Program-made: the position numbers and the translations under genes
Shown: positions 36,882 through 46,853 of the stretch, piece by piece
Layout: the number at the start of each line of letters is the position of its first letter
Position numbering within the stretch: the first letter of the stretch is position 1
Source of the DNA: an uncultured virus (IMG/VR IMGVR_UViG_3300044655_000391)
Taxonomy: Duplodnaviria; Heunggongvirae; Uroviricota; Caudoviricetes
Strand: one strand, 5' to 3'
Virus record (IMG/VR): IMGVR_UViG_3300044655_000391
DNA length: 64,000 bases
The notes under the pieces: model-generated
Database searches by the model: none
Told to the model about the DNA's origin: nothing
Seen by the model: the letters and a program-made list of their open reading frames with translations, nothing else

Positions 36882-37829
36882 ATGGCTGAAACTACAGGAA
36901 CCAGCTTATTTAATCTAAACATGAATGACCTCATAGAAGAGGCATTTGAACGTTGTGGATTAGAATTGAGAACTGGATATGACTTTAGAACCGCTAGAAG
37001 AAGCCTTAATCTATTAACGATTGAATGGGCTAATCGTGGTATTAACCTTTGGACTATTGAAGAAGGTCAGATCACTATGGCTACAGGGCAACCTACTTAC
37101 GCTCTTCCAGTGGATACTATTGACTTACTAAGCATGATTACTCGTACTGGTAACGGTGGACCTAATCAACAAGATATTAATATTAATCGTATATCAGAAG
37201 ATACATATTCTACAATTCCTAATAAGTTAGCTACAGGTCGTCCTATCCAAGTATGGATCAATAGGCAGTCTGGTATGTCTAATGAAAGCACTGTATATCT
37301 ATCTGCATCTATTAGTGCTACAGATACAACAATCACATTAAGCGATGTATCAAACATTGCATCAGCTGGATTTATTAAAATTGATAACGAAACTATCTAC
37401 TATCCCAATGTAGATAATGCTAATAACCAATTATTAAACTGTGCTCGTGGTCAAAACAATACAACTGCAGCAGCTCATGTAGCTACAGCAAGTCCATTTA
37501 ACTATATTACAATACAAAACTTGCCAAGCGTTAATGTATGGCCAACCCCTAATTCACCTGGTAATCAGTATGTATTTGTTTACTGGAGAATGCGTAGAGT
37601 GCAAGATGCTGGCACTGGTGTAACAGTGAATGATATTCCATTTAGATTCTTACCATGTATGGTAGCTGGATTAGCTTATTATTTAGCTATTAAGTCCCCT
37701 GCAGTAGATCCTAATAGAGTAGCATTCTTACAATCAGATTATGAAAAACAATGGGATCTAGCATCTCAAGAGGACAGAGAAAAGGCACCGATTAGATTTG
37801 TGCCTAGAAATATGTCTTATATAAGGTAA
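36882..37829 (+). CDS. Head-tail adaptor / tail tubular protein A-like
   Basis: IEEAFERCG...ARRSLNLL..EWANRG; C-terminal AGLAYYLA; position. Confidence 0.65.
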   Translation: MAETTGTSLFNLNMNDLIEEAFERCGLELRTGYDFRTARRSLNLLTIEWANRGINLWTIEEGQITMATGQPTYALPVDTIDLLSMITRTGNGGPNQQDININRISEDTYSTIPNKLATGRPIQVWINRQSGMSNESTVYLSASISATDTTITLSDVSNIASAGFIKIDNETIYYPNVDNANNQLLNCARGQNNTTAAAHVATASPFNYITIQNLPSVNVWPTPNSPGNQYVFVYWRMRRVQDAGTGVTVNDIPFRFLPCMVAGLAYYLAIKSPAVDPNRVAFLQSDYEKQWDLASQEDREKAPIRFVPRNMSYIR

Positions 37830-37831
37830 TC

Positions 37832-38260
37832 ATGGCTACCAAGTATTCCAGTGGGAAACACTCAATTGCCGAATGTGACCGATGTGGTCAGCGTTATAAG
37901 CTTAAAGAATTAAGAAAGCTTATACTTAAAACAAAGCAAATTAGTGTTAAGGTATGCCCAGAATGCTGGGAACCAGATCAACCACAGTTATTGCTTGGTA
38001 TGTATCCTGTAAATGATCCACAAGCAGTACGTGAACCAAGACCAGATGTATCTTATCAAGTGTCTGGTAATACTGGTTTACAAACTGGGCAAAACAATTC
38101 TTTCAACATTCAAGATAATGGTTATCCTCAAGATGGTAGCCGTCAGATTGAGTGGGGTTGGAATCCAGTTGGTGGAGCAAGTTCATTTGATACTTTATTA
38201 ACGCCTAACCACCTTATAAGTAATGTTATAATAGGCGATGTAACAATTGTCACAACTTAA
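37832..38260 (+). CDS. Zn-finger-like virion-module protein
   Basis: CDRCG...VCPECWE. Confidence 0.65.
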   Translation: MATKYSSGKHSIAECDRCGQRYKLKELRKLILKTKQISVKVCPECWEPDQPQLLLGMYPVNDPQAVREPRPDVSYQVSGNTGLQTGQNNSFNIQDNGYPQDGSRQIEWGWNPVGGASSFDTLLTPNHLISNVIIGDVTIVTT

Positions 38261-38274
38261 TTAGGAGAAACAAA

Positions 38275-38469
38275 ATGGCATTTAAATCAGGAGCTGATGG
38301 TATTACTAAACAAGGTAAAACTAAAGGCAAAAATCTAGGTGATTCAGGACCTACTGTTGCAATTCAATCTGGTAAAGGTTCTAAGGGCGCATCTTCAGTA
38401 ACTTCATTAGCTATGAAGAAACTTGGACGCAATTTAGCAAGAGCAATGAATCAAAAAAAAGGTAAATAA
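38275..38469 (+). CDS. Small basic protein
   Basis: ADGITKQGKTKGK motif shared with 35843 and 36286. Confidence 0.65.
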   Translation: MAFKSGADGITKQGKTKGKNLGDSGPTVAIQSGKGSKGASSVTSLAMKKLGRNLARAMNQKKGK

Positions 38470-38471
38470 TT

Positions 38472-38804
38472 ATGACTAAAGAACGCAAAGTTCCAGTGAC
38501 ACCAGCAGAAGCTTATCCTTTAGGTCACGCTAAAGAGAACAAAGATGCTAGTGCCTATACTGGATTTAAATATCCTTCTGGCGGTGGTAATGATATTGGT
38601 GTTTATAAACAACCTATGTCTAATCCAAATGGCACAGAACAAGAAGCGGTAGCTATGCCTGGTAACGGAATAAGCAAAATGAATATGTCTGTTGGTGGTG
38701 TTAGCAAAGGTAATTATGGCGAAGTAAATCCATACGGTGTTAAAGAAATGCGTGGATATGGCGCAGCTACTAAAGGTCGTAAGATTAGCGGTAAACAAGG
38801 ATAG
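38472..38804 (+). CDS. Small Gly-rich protein
   Basis: C-terminal MRGYGAATKG. Confidence 0.65.
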   Translation: MTKERKVPVTPAEAYPLGHAKENKDASAYTGFKYPSGGGNDIGVYKQPMSNPNGTEQEAVAMPGNGISKMNMSVGGVSKGNYGEVNPYGVKEMRGYGAATKGRKISGKQG

Positions 38805-38806
38805 TA

Positions 38807-39727
38807 ATGAACTACGTTCAACTGTATCAAGCAATACAAGACTATGCGGAAACTACAGAACAACTTTTTGTAGCTAATATACCTGTTTTTGTTCAAGAAG
38901 CTGAAGAGCGTATTTATAATTCAGTTCAATTACCTTCGTTACGTAAAAACGTTACAGGTACTTTGACATCTGGCAATAAATACTTATCACTTCCAAACGA
39001 TTGGTTATCTACATATTCTTTTGCTGTTATTAATGCAGATGGAACGTATGAATATCTTTTAAACAAAGATGTAAACTATATTAGACAAGCCTTTCCTAGC
39101 CCTTCTGATACAGGAACACCAACGCATTATGCATTGTTTGGGTCTCAATATAGTGCTATTAATGAGCTATCTCTTCTTTTAGGGCCAACGCCTGATGCAA
39201 GCTATAATGCTGAATTACATTATTACTATTACCCACCTACGATTGTGCAAGGTCAAATTACATTAATAGCTATTACCACAGTAGGGTCATTATATGTTCC
39301 TGGCGTATACGAAAACGTATCGTTAACTGGTGGTTCTGGATCTGGTGCTACAGCTACTATTGTCATTAATTCATCTGGTGCAGTGAGCTCAATCACTTTA
39401 AATGAAGGTGGTCAGTTCTATGTAGTAGGCAATATATTAAGTGCCGCTACAGCAAACTTAGGTGGCGCTGGTTCTGGATTTACTGCAACTGTAACTGGTG
39501 TATCTAATTCAACTGGAACTTCATGGCTGGGTGATAATTATGATCCAGTACTATTTTATGGTTCTATGCGTGAAGCTATGATCTTCCAAAAGCAAGAGCC
39601 AGATGTTATTAAGAATTACGAAGATAAGTATCAAGAAGCTGTACAACAACTTAAACGTCTTGGTGACGGCCTTGAAAGAGGTGATGCGTACAGAGACGGG
39701 CAAGTAAAATTAAGAATTAGTTCATAA
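38807..39727 (+). CDS. Head-tail adaptor-like protein with inserted Gly/Thr-rich domain
   Basis: MNYVQLYQAIQDY...AEERI; C-terminal LFYGS..EA. Confidence 0.65.
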   Translation: MNYVQLYQAIQDYAETTEQLFVANIPVFVQEAEERIYNSVQLPSLRKNVTGTLTSGNKYLSLPNDWLSTYSFAVINADGTYEYLLNKDVNYIRQAFPSPSDTGTPTHYALFGSQYSAINELSLLLGPTPDASYNAELHYYYYPPTIVQGQITLIAITTVGSLYVPGVYENVSLTGGSGSGATATIVINSSGAVSSITLNEGGQFYVVGNILSAATANLGGAGSGFTATVTGVSNSTGTSWLGDNYDPVLFYGSMREAMIFQKQEPDVIKNYEDKYQEAVQQLKRLGDGLERGDAYRDGQVKLRISS

Positions 39728-40269
39728 TGAGAATTTGTAGAGTTTGTTTAATAAATAAACCATTGGATGAATATCCTAACCATTCTGTATATAAAGATGG
39801 TAAAGAAACTAAATGTAAGACTTGTTTATCTGAATATAGAAAAGCTAAATGGCAAGATAATTTAGAAGCATCACGCAATTATGGGCGTAAATATAAAGCT
39901 AAAAATCGTGAACTTATATCTCAAAAACATAAAGAATATGTTTTAAATAACCCAGAAAAACGTAAACAAACAATGAAAGAATATAGACAGCGTACTAAAC
40001 CATTACAAGCTTATTATGCTCGTAAAAGACAAGCAAGTATATTAAATAGAACGCCTAAATGGCTCACAAAAGATGACTTATGGCTTATAAAAGAAGCCTA
40101 TGAATTAGCAGCTTTAAGGACTAAAATATTTGGATTTAAATGGCACGTTGACCATATTATTCCATTACAAGGCAAAACAGTATCAGGACTACATATGATT
40201 GAAAATTTACAAGTTATACCAGAAAAACATAACTTATCTAAGCATAATAAGTTTGAGGTATCTCTATGA
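39727..40269 (+). CDS. HNH homing endonuclease
   Basis: CRVC..CKTC, TPKW, HVDHIIPLQG..VSGLH..NLQ..N.SK.N. Confidence 0.9.
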   Translation: MRICRVCLINKPLDEYPNHSVYKDGKETKCKTCLSEYRKAKWQDNLEASRNYGRKYKAKNRELISQKHKEYVLNNPEKRKQTMKEYRQRTKPLQAYYARKRQASILNRTPKWLTKDDLWLIKEAYELAALRTKIFGFKWHVDHIIPLQGKTVSGLHMIENLQVIPEKHNLSKHNKFEVSL

Positions 40270-40691
40270 TAACCCAAACCGCTTGTACAGTATTTAAATC
40301 TAACATGCTTAAAGGTCTTGAGAACTTTAATACAGGTACGCCATATACATATAAAATAGCTCTTTATAACGCATTAGCAGATCTAGGTGATGCTACTACC
40401 GCCTACACCACAACTAATGAGGTTACAGGCACAGGATATGCGGCTGGAGGGGTAGTTTTAACCCCTACGACAATACTTTCAGATACAGAAGATAATACAG
40501 CTTACTTATCATTTGCTAACGTTACATGGACCCCAGCAAATTTTACTTGTAGGGGTGCTTTAGTTTATAATAGCACTACAAATGCGGCAGTTTTTGTATT
40601 AAATTTTGGCTCTGATAAAACAGCAACAACTAGTTTCACAGTGCAATTTCCAACGGCAAATTCAACAAGTGCCATTTTAAGAATAAGTTAA
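40266..40691 (+). CDS. Tail structural protein
   Basis: YKIALY...EVTGTGYAAGG...LNFGSDK. Confidence 0.65.
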   Translation: MITQTACTVFKSNMLKGLENFNTGTPYTYKIALYNALADLGDATTAYTTTNEVTGTGYAAGGVVLTPTTILSDTEDNTAYLSFANVTWTPANFTCRGALVYNSTTNAAVFVLNFGSDKTATTSFTVQFPTANSTSAILRIS

Positions 40692-40700
40692 GGAGTAATT

Positions 40701-41312
40701 ATGAATCAAAACGAAAAAGGTGGATTTGGGGATAATGCTACCATCACGCTAAATGCTGGTGCTGCTGCTAATGAAACTGTAGGTATTGAAGGTTTTTATG
40801 AAGTAAAATGTCATGACAAAGATGGCAATTTAAAATGGGAAGATTCATTTCCTAATCTAGTAAACGCTGTAGGTAAAGAATTAATGTTAGATACCTTATT
40901 AAAAGGTTCTTCATATTCTGTAACAGGTCCATTTTTAGGTCTTATTTCAGGTGCATCACCAACATTTGGTACAGGTTCTGATACACAAACGTCACATGCT
41001 GGCTGGACAGAATTTACTAACTACACCGTTGGTGGTTCAGCAGTTCGTGGTACAGCAGTGTTTGCATCCGCAACATCAACTGGATCAACACCATCAAACG
41101 TAACTACATCTGCAGCAACAGCAATTGTTTATACAATTACAGGTGCTGGCGGTACAGTAGGTGGTTGTTTCCTAGTGACAGGTACAGGCGCTTCAAGCGC
41201 ACAATCTAATACTGGTGGTGTGTTATATTCAGCAGGTGCATTTACTACAGCTAAAGTTACAACAGCTGGCGATACAGTAAGCGTTACATACTCTACAACT
41301 GCAACTAGCTAA
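40701..41312 (+). CDS. Tail structural protein
   Basis: KWED...NLVN.VG; Thr/Gly-rich. Confidence 0.65.
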   Translation: MNQNEKGGFGDNATITLNAGAAANETVGIEGFYEVKCHDKDGNLKWEDSFPNLVNAVGKELMLDTLLKGSSYSVTGPFLGLISGASPTFGTGSDTQTSHAGWTEFTNYTVGGSAVRGTAVFASATSTGSTPSNVTTSAATAIVYTITGAGGTVGGCFLVTGTGASSAQSNTGGVLYSAGAFTTAKVTTAGDTVSVTYSTTATS

Positions 41313-41321
41313 GGAGCTTAA

Positions 41322-43277
41322 ATGGCTCTTGCGTTAAATGATCGTGTCCAGCAACAGGGTACGGCTAACACCACAGTCAGCTTTACCCTAACAGCTTCAG
41401 TTGCAGGGTTTCAATCCTTTGCCGTCATTGGTAACGGAAACACAACCTATTATTCTGCAACAGATGCATCAGGTAATTGGGAAGTAGGTATTGGTACTTA
41501 CTCTACTACGGGGCCTACATTAACTCGTAACACAATTCTATCCTCAAGCAATTCTAATACTGCGGTTACATTCTCTGGTGTAGTCAATGTATTTGTTACA
41601 TACCCCTCAAGTAAATCAGTTAACCTAGATAGTTCAAGTAATGTAAGTGCTTTAGGTACTGTATCTTCTGGTACTTGGCAAGGTTCAACTGTAGCTGTAG
41701 CTTATGGTGGTACAGGCGTTACCGCTTCTTCTGGTGCTAACTCTGTAATGTTACGAGATGCCAATCAAAACGTAGCTGTAAACCGACTTAATCAATCTAA
41801 TACAAATACAACAGCCGCTGGTGGTGTCACCGCATTAACTACAGCATCAAGCTATATTCACACGCTTTCTGGTACTGGTAACCAAACATACACAATGCCT
41901 GATGCTACCACCCTGTCTACTGGGGTAGCATTTCTGTTTAATAATATGGCGACTGGAACCCTAACGCTTCAAGATTATGCTACTGGGGCTATTGGAACAA
42001 TCCCCTCTGGTGGAGCTGGGGCAGTATTTTTAACTGTTAATGCTACTGTTGGTGGTACATGGGATTTACATGCTTATCTTCCAGAAGGCGTTACGTTTGG
42101 TACGAACGCTTTTAACCTCGGTACTTCCGTCATTACAGGCGGTACTTGGAATGGTGGCACAATAGGTACTGCTTATGGTGGTACAGGATTAACTTCTTTC
42201 TCTGCAGCTAACTACGCATTATATTCAACATCAAGTTCAGCTTTAACAGCAGGTACATTACCCGTAGCAGCAGGCGGTACAAACGTCACTTCATTCACAG
42301 CTAACGGAATTGTATATGGTAACGGTACATCTGCATTAGGTGTGACAGCGGCAGGAGCTACAGGAGAAGTTTTAATAGGTAATACAGGATCAGCTCCAAC
42401 ATGGGGTTCTTTATCAGGCTCAGCAGTTACAACGTTCCAAACTTCACTTAACGGACTTACACCAAGTACAGCCACATCTGGCGCTGTTACATTAGCAGGC
42501 ACATTAGGTGCTACATCAGGTGGTACAGGACTAACTTCTTATACAACTGGTGATATTATTTATTCATCAGCTACAAACACATTAGCTAAATTACCAGCAG
42601 GTACAAACGGACAAATACTTAGTTTAGCTTCAGGTATTCCTTCATGGATTAATAATACATCTACTGGTGTTTCATTTGTAGTAACAAATATTACTGCGTC
42701 TGCTAGCCAAACAACCTTTACAGTGAATTACACGGTAGGCCTAATAGAGGTTTATAGAAACGGTGTTAAATTAGCTATTGCTGACTATACAGCATCTAAC
42801 GGTACTACGATTGTTTTAGCAACACCAGCTAATGCAGGGGATGTAATTGAAGTCGTAGCTTTTGGTGCGGTTAACACAGCCGCTGTGATTACAGCAGAAG
42901 ACTTTAACGGTACAGGATCTCAAACAGTATATACCATGTCTGTAACACCAGCTAACTCAGCATCAGTCATTATAGCTATATCAGGTGTAGTTCAAGACCC
43001 AAGTACTTATACAGTATCAGGAACTACCTTAACATTCTCAACAGCACCTCCAGCAGGTACTGACAATATTTCATGCCGTTATTTAGCTTTACCTACTACA
43101 ACGACAGGAACTGGGGCTGTAATTAATGCAACTAATGGTATAATTATCAATAACCAAACCATCTCTGCTTCTTATACAATTCCTGTCGGCAGTAATGCCA
43201 TGAGCACGGGTCCTGTAACTGCGGCTTCGGGGGTTACGGTAACGGTTTCAGCAGGCAGTAGGTATATAGTTATTTAA
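41322..43277 (+). CDS. Long tail fibre with GGT repeats
   Basis: Repeated (V/L/T)xxGGT(G/N) units; C-terminal GPVT..GVTVTV module. Confidence 0.75.
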   Translation: MALALNDRVQQQGTANTTVSFTLTASVAGFQSFAVIGNGNTTYYSATDASGNWEVGIGTYSTTGPTLTRNTILSSSNSNTAVTFSGVVNVFVTYPSSKSVNLDSSSNVSALGTVSSGTWQGSTVAVAYGGTGVTASSGANSVMLRDANQNVAVNRLNQSNTNTTAAGGVTALTTASSYIHTLSGTGNQTYTMPDATTLSTGVAFLFNNMATGTLTLQDYATGAIGTIPSGGAGAVFLTVNATVGGTWDLHAYLPEGVTFGTNAFNLGTSVITGGTWNGGTIGTAYGGTGLTSFSAANYALYSTSSSALTAGTLPVAAGGTNVTSFTANGIVYGNGTSALGVTAAGATGEVLIGNTGSAPTWGSLSGSAVTTFQTSLNGLTPSTATSGAVTLAGTLGATSGGTGLTSYTTGDIIYSSATNTLAKLPAGTNGQILSLASGIPSWINNTSTGVSFVVTNITASASQTTFTVNYTVGLIEVYRNGVKLAIADYTASNGTTIVLATPANAGDVIEVVAFGAVNTAAVITAEDFNGTGSQTVYTMSVTPANSASVIIAISGVVQDPSTYTVSGTTLTFSTAPPAGTDNISCRYLALPTTTTGTGAVINATNGIIINNQTISASYTIPVGSNAMSTGPVTAASGVTVTVSAGSRYIVI

Positions 43278-43286
43278 GGATAAAAA

Positions 43287-44132
43287 TTGGCATCTCAAAT
43301 AAACGCAAGTAATTCTGGATTTGGAGGCATAGTTTCTACTGGAGATTCTAGTGGCGAACTACAACTTCAAACCGCTGGTACTACAGCAGTTACTATAAAC
43401 ACATCACAAAATGTAGGGATTGGTACTACGAGTCCTAATTATAAATTAACTTTTGGTGGACAAACAGGAGCTACAGCAACTCCACTAGCATTAAGATTCT
43501 CTAATGATTATAGTAATGTCAATACAGCGGCTTCTAGTAAAATATTTTTATATAATGATGGCAGTGGAACAGATGTTTATGGAATAGGTGTTGGCGCAGA
43601 TTCTGATAATCAATATCACGCTGGTGGAACTCCGACAAATAATAATGGTAAACATAAGTTTTTTACCAACGACACAGAACGTATGCGTATAGACTCTAGT
43701 GGTAGAGTTACAACACCGTTTCAAACAGCTTTTAGTGCATTTGCGCCTACAGACCCAGGCGACATTACTACCGCAAACACATTAATTAATAGGTACAGTT
43801 CAACTTCATATAATATTGGCAGTAATTACGATACTTCACTTTCTCGCTTTACTGCCCCTGTTGCTGGTATATATTATTTGACTGCAAGGGCTTGGGTTCC
43901 TTCAGGAGCCACATTTGGAGCAATTGTTATAAAAGTAAACGGTACTCAAATTACAGAGCAACGTATGGGCAGAGGAACTGGCGGACAATACACAACAATA
44001 GTTCCTTTAGTAATGTGGAAAGCTTCTGCTAATGATTATTTTGAAGTTTACACAGGTTTAGATAGTGGCGGAACAGTTCATACATCTACTCAAATTACTT
44101 TTTCAAACTTTTCAGGATATTTATTAGGATAA
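43287..44132 (+). CDS. Tail fibre / receptor-binding protein with C1q-like C-terminus (TTG start)
   Basis: NVGIGT, ERMRIDSSG, FTAPVAGIY, FSGYLLG. Confidence 0.75.
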   Translation: MASQINASNSGFGGIVSTGDSSGELQLQTAGTTAVTINTSQNVGIGTTSPNYKLTFGGQTGATATPLALRFSNDYSNVNTAASSKIFLYNDGSGTDVYGIGVGADSDNQYHAGGTPTNNNGKHKFFTNDTERMRIDSSGRVTTPFQTAFSAFAPTDPGDITTANTLINRYSSTSYNIGSNYDTSLSRFTAPVAGIYYLTARAWVPSGATFGAIVIKVNGTQITEQRMGRGTGGQYTTIVPLVMWKASANDYFEVYTGLDSGGTVHTSTQITFSNFSGYLLG

Positions 44133-44136
44133 AATT

Positions 44137-44397
44137 ATGGCGAAAACATACACAATTACATTAACAGATGCAGAAGATAAAGCTCTTTCTGTAGTTGCTC
44201 TTTCTCAACAAGAATGGATTGATAATGCAGTTCATAATAGATGTAGAATTGCTATAGAAGAAATTGTAGCTGCTGAAGTGGAAAGAATCACAGCTGAAGG
44301 CGGAACTTTATCGGGAACTAAAGAAGATATTGTTTTAGCAGCACCTATAGAAACTGCAGTAGAACGTAATGAAAGATTATCACAGGAAACAATATAA
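44137..44397 (+). CDS. Small tail-fibre partner protein
   Basis: Directly follows fibre gene. Confidence 0.6.
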   Translation: MAKTYTITLTDAEDKALSVVALSQQEWIDNAVHNRCRIAIEEIVAAEVERITAEGGTLSGTKEDIVLAAPIETAVERNERLSQETI

Positions 44398-45053
44398 TGG
44401 CAAGCATAGTAGTCGCAGGAGATACCTCAGGAACCGTAACCTTAGCTGCCCCAGCAGTATCAGGCACAACTACGCTTACGTTGCCTACTACAACAGGCAC
44501 CGTAGTAGCAGATACAGCAACACAAACACTTACCAACAAAACATTAACAAGCCCTACTATTACAGGTGCTACTATTACTGTAGCAAGCACTGCGGCTCCA
44601 GCGTTTAGTGCATATGCTACTTCCCAAACAATATCTTCTTCTACCCCTACAAATATTACATATACAACAGAAGAATTTGATACAGCAGGATGTTTTAACA
44701 ATACAGGTAGCACAGTTACATTAAATGGTTTGTCTGTTCCAGCGTATGCTTTTTGTCCAAATGTTGCTGGATATTATCAAATAAATGCTGAGGTTTGTTA
44801 CAATGTTGTATCTTCTTCAAGATATTGTTACATAATCATTTATAAAAACGGTGGACTGCATAAACAAGGTAGTTTTTGCCCCTTAAACTCTGCTGATTAT
44901 GCTTCTGTTAATGTTCAAGCAGTAGTGTATTTAAACGGAACTGGCGATTATGTTCAAATTTATAGTGGACAAAATTCTACTGGTTCGGTGGCAACTATTG
45001 TTTCTGGTGTTTCATACACACATTTTTCTGCCGCAATGATAAGGAGTGCATAA
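44397..45053 (+). CDS. Tail fibre / receptor-binding protein with C1q-like C-terminus
   Basis: PAFSAY, FCPNVAGYYQI, YLNGTGDYVQ. Confidence 0.75.
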   Translation: MASIVVAGDTSGTVTLAAPAVSGTTTLTLPTTTGTVVADTATQTLTNKTLTSPTITGATITVASTAAPAFSAYATSQTISSSTPTNITYTTEEFDTAGCFNNTGSTVTLNGLSVPAYAFCPNVAGYYQINAEVCYNVVSSSRYCYIIIYKNGGLHKQGSFCPLNSADYASVNVQAVVYLNGTGDYVQIYSGQNSTGSVATIVSGVSYTHFSAAMIRSA

Positions 45054-45223
45054 TGACTTTATATGAAAAAATTATAGCTTTATATCCTGAATTAACAGTT
45101 GATGACTTTATGATATTTACAGGAACAATCAAATTACAAAACGATAGTGACGGTAAGGGTGACTACATAAAAGAATGGAACCATCCTACACTACCTAGAC
45201 CTACAGACAAGGAATTAGCATAA
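45053..45223 (+). CDS. XkdW-like tail-fibre chaperone
   Basis: Manual translation MTLYEKIIALYP...LQNDSDGKGDYIKEWNHPTLPRPT. Confidence 0.7.
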   Translation: MTLYEKIIALYPELTVDDFMIFTGTIKLQNDSDGKGDYIKEWNHPTLPRPTDKELA

Positions 45224-46320
45224 TGGCACTCATACTTACAGGAACCTCAGGATCAACAACACTAGACTCTAGTGCTGGACTTACTTTTTCTGATAGTTCT
45301 AATCAAGCTGCAGCGGCTAGCCCTTATGGATTAAAGAACAGAATCATTAATGGGGACATGGTAATTTCTCAAAGAAATGGTACTTCTAGTGTAAACGTAT
45401 CTGGAACAAGCTATAACTATCAAGTAGATCGTTTTTACATGGGTGGCTTAAGTGGTGTTGCAGTTCCATTTACAATACAACAAGTTAGTGATGCTCCAAC
45501 AGGATTTGTTAATTCTGTAAAACTTACAACGAATACAACAGATGCTTTGGGAACTGCTGCAACTGAATATGAGTTTCAACAAACTATAGAAGCTAATAAT
45601 GTTTCAGATTTTAATTTAGGAACTGCTAATGCTGTTACTGTAACTTTAAGTTTTTGGGTTAAATCAAGTTTGACTGGTTTATTTGGATTAGGCATACGTA
45701 ATGCTCCTACTTTTAATAGAAGTTATGTTGCAACATATACAATTAGTGCAGCAAATACTTGGGAGCGAAAAACTGTAACATTAACAATGGACACTACAGG
45801 AACATGGTCTACTTCTGGTAATGGAGCAGCTCTTAATATTGCATGGTCACTTGGAGTCGGAACTAATGGTCGTGGAACTGCAGGAGTATGGCAAGCAGGT
45901 GGTCAAGTCCAAACAAGCGGGTGTGTAAATGTGGTTTCAAATGCAGCAGCAACATGGCAAATTACAGGCGTTCAACTAGAACGAAATACAACCGCCACGC
46001 CTTTTGAGTGGTTACCTTATAGTACTGAGTTAGCGTTGTGTCAGAGGTATTATCAAGTAGGCGATGTGCATTTATTTTCAGCAGGCACCAATTCTGGCGA
46101 TGGAACAGTTTTATTTCCAGTTCAAATGCGAACAAGTCCTACTATAACATTTTCTGACAGCGCTGGAACTGCAAATAGATATACAGATAGTGGTGGCAAT
46201 GGACAAACTTTTGCAATTAATGTAAATATCGCTAATGCGTATAGATTTAGGATTCAAAATCTTTTAGGTAGAATTGCTACTTGGTTTGAATTTAATTATA
46301 CAGTTTCAGGAGAACTTTAA
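45223..46320 (+). CDS. Tail fibre / receptor-binding protein (paralog A)
   Basis: KNRIINGDM...TLSFWV...ITGVQLE...ELALCQRYY. Confidence 0.8.
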   Translation: MALILTGTSGSTTLDSSAGLTFSDSSNQAAAASPYGLKNRIINGDMVISQRNGTSSVNVSGTSYNYQVDRFYMGGLSGVAVPFTIQQVSDAPTGFVNSVKLTTNTTDALGTAATEYEFQQTIEANNVSDFNLGTANAVTVTLSFWVKSSLTGLFGLGIRNAPTFNRSYVATYTISAANTWERKTVTLTMDTTGTWSTSGNGAALNIAWSLGVGTNGRGTAGVWQAGGQVQTSGCVNVVSNAAATWQITGVQLERNTTATPFEWLPYSTELALCQRYYQVGDVHLFSAGTNSGDGTVLFPVQMRTSPTITFSDSAGTANRYTDSGGNGQTFAINVNIANAYRFRIQNLLGRIATWFEFNYTVSGEL

Positions 46321-46322
46321 TT

Positions 46323-46487
46323 ATGTATACATATAAATTATTGCCACCATATCAAGACAAACCATCAAAAAATATTTTGCGGTTACCAGACAATGCTTAT
46401 ATCCCATTCGACCCAGCTAACACCGATTACCAACAATATTTAAAATGGTTAGACGAAGGCGGAGTTCCGCTTCCAGCAGACGAATAA
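46323..46487 (+). CDS. Tail-fibre assembly chaperone (paralog A)
   Basis: Manual translation ...IPFDPANTDYQQYLKWL...PLPADE. Confidence 0.75.
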   Translation: MYTYKLLPPYQDKPSKNILRLPDNAYIPFDPANTDYQQYLKWLDEGGVPLPADE

Positions 46488-46499
46488 AGGAGAACTAAA

Positions 46500-46850
46500 A
46501 TTAGCCACTTCGCAAAAGTAGTAGACGGTAAAGTTACACAGGTCATCGTGGCTGAACCAGAATTTTTTGATACATTCGTAGATTCAAGTCCTGGTACTTG
46601 GCTACAAACAAGCTATAATACGCATGGTAATCAACACCCAGAAGGTAGACCTTTACGTGGAAATTATGCTGGTATTGGTTTTTCTTACGATGCAACTAAC
46701 GATGTATTCATAGCCCCTAAACCTTTTAATTCTTGGGTTCTTAATGAAGATACTTGGCTTTGGGAAGCACCAGTTGCAATGCCAGATGATGGCAAACTAT
46801 ATAACTGGGATGAAGAAACAACTAATTGGAAAGAAGTAGACTTAGGATAA
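46500..46850 (+). CDS. Tail-associated protein, probably initiated at ATT
   Basis: AAGGAG RBS then ATT-AGC-CAC-TTC-GCA ((M)SHFAKV...), in frame with the listed GTG ORF. Confidence 0.65.
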   Translation: MSHFAKVVDGKVTQVIVAEPEFFDTFVDSSPGTWLQTSYNTHGNQHPEGRPLRGNYAGIGFSYDATNDVFIAPKPFNSWVLNEDTWLWEAPVAMPDDGKLYNWDEETTNWKEVDLG

Positions 46851-46853
46851 TAA

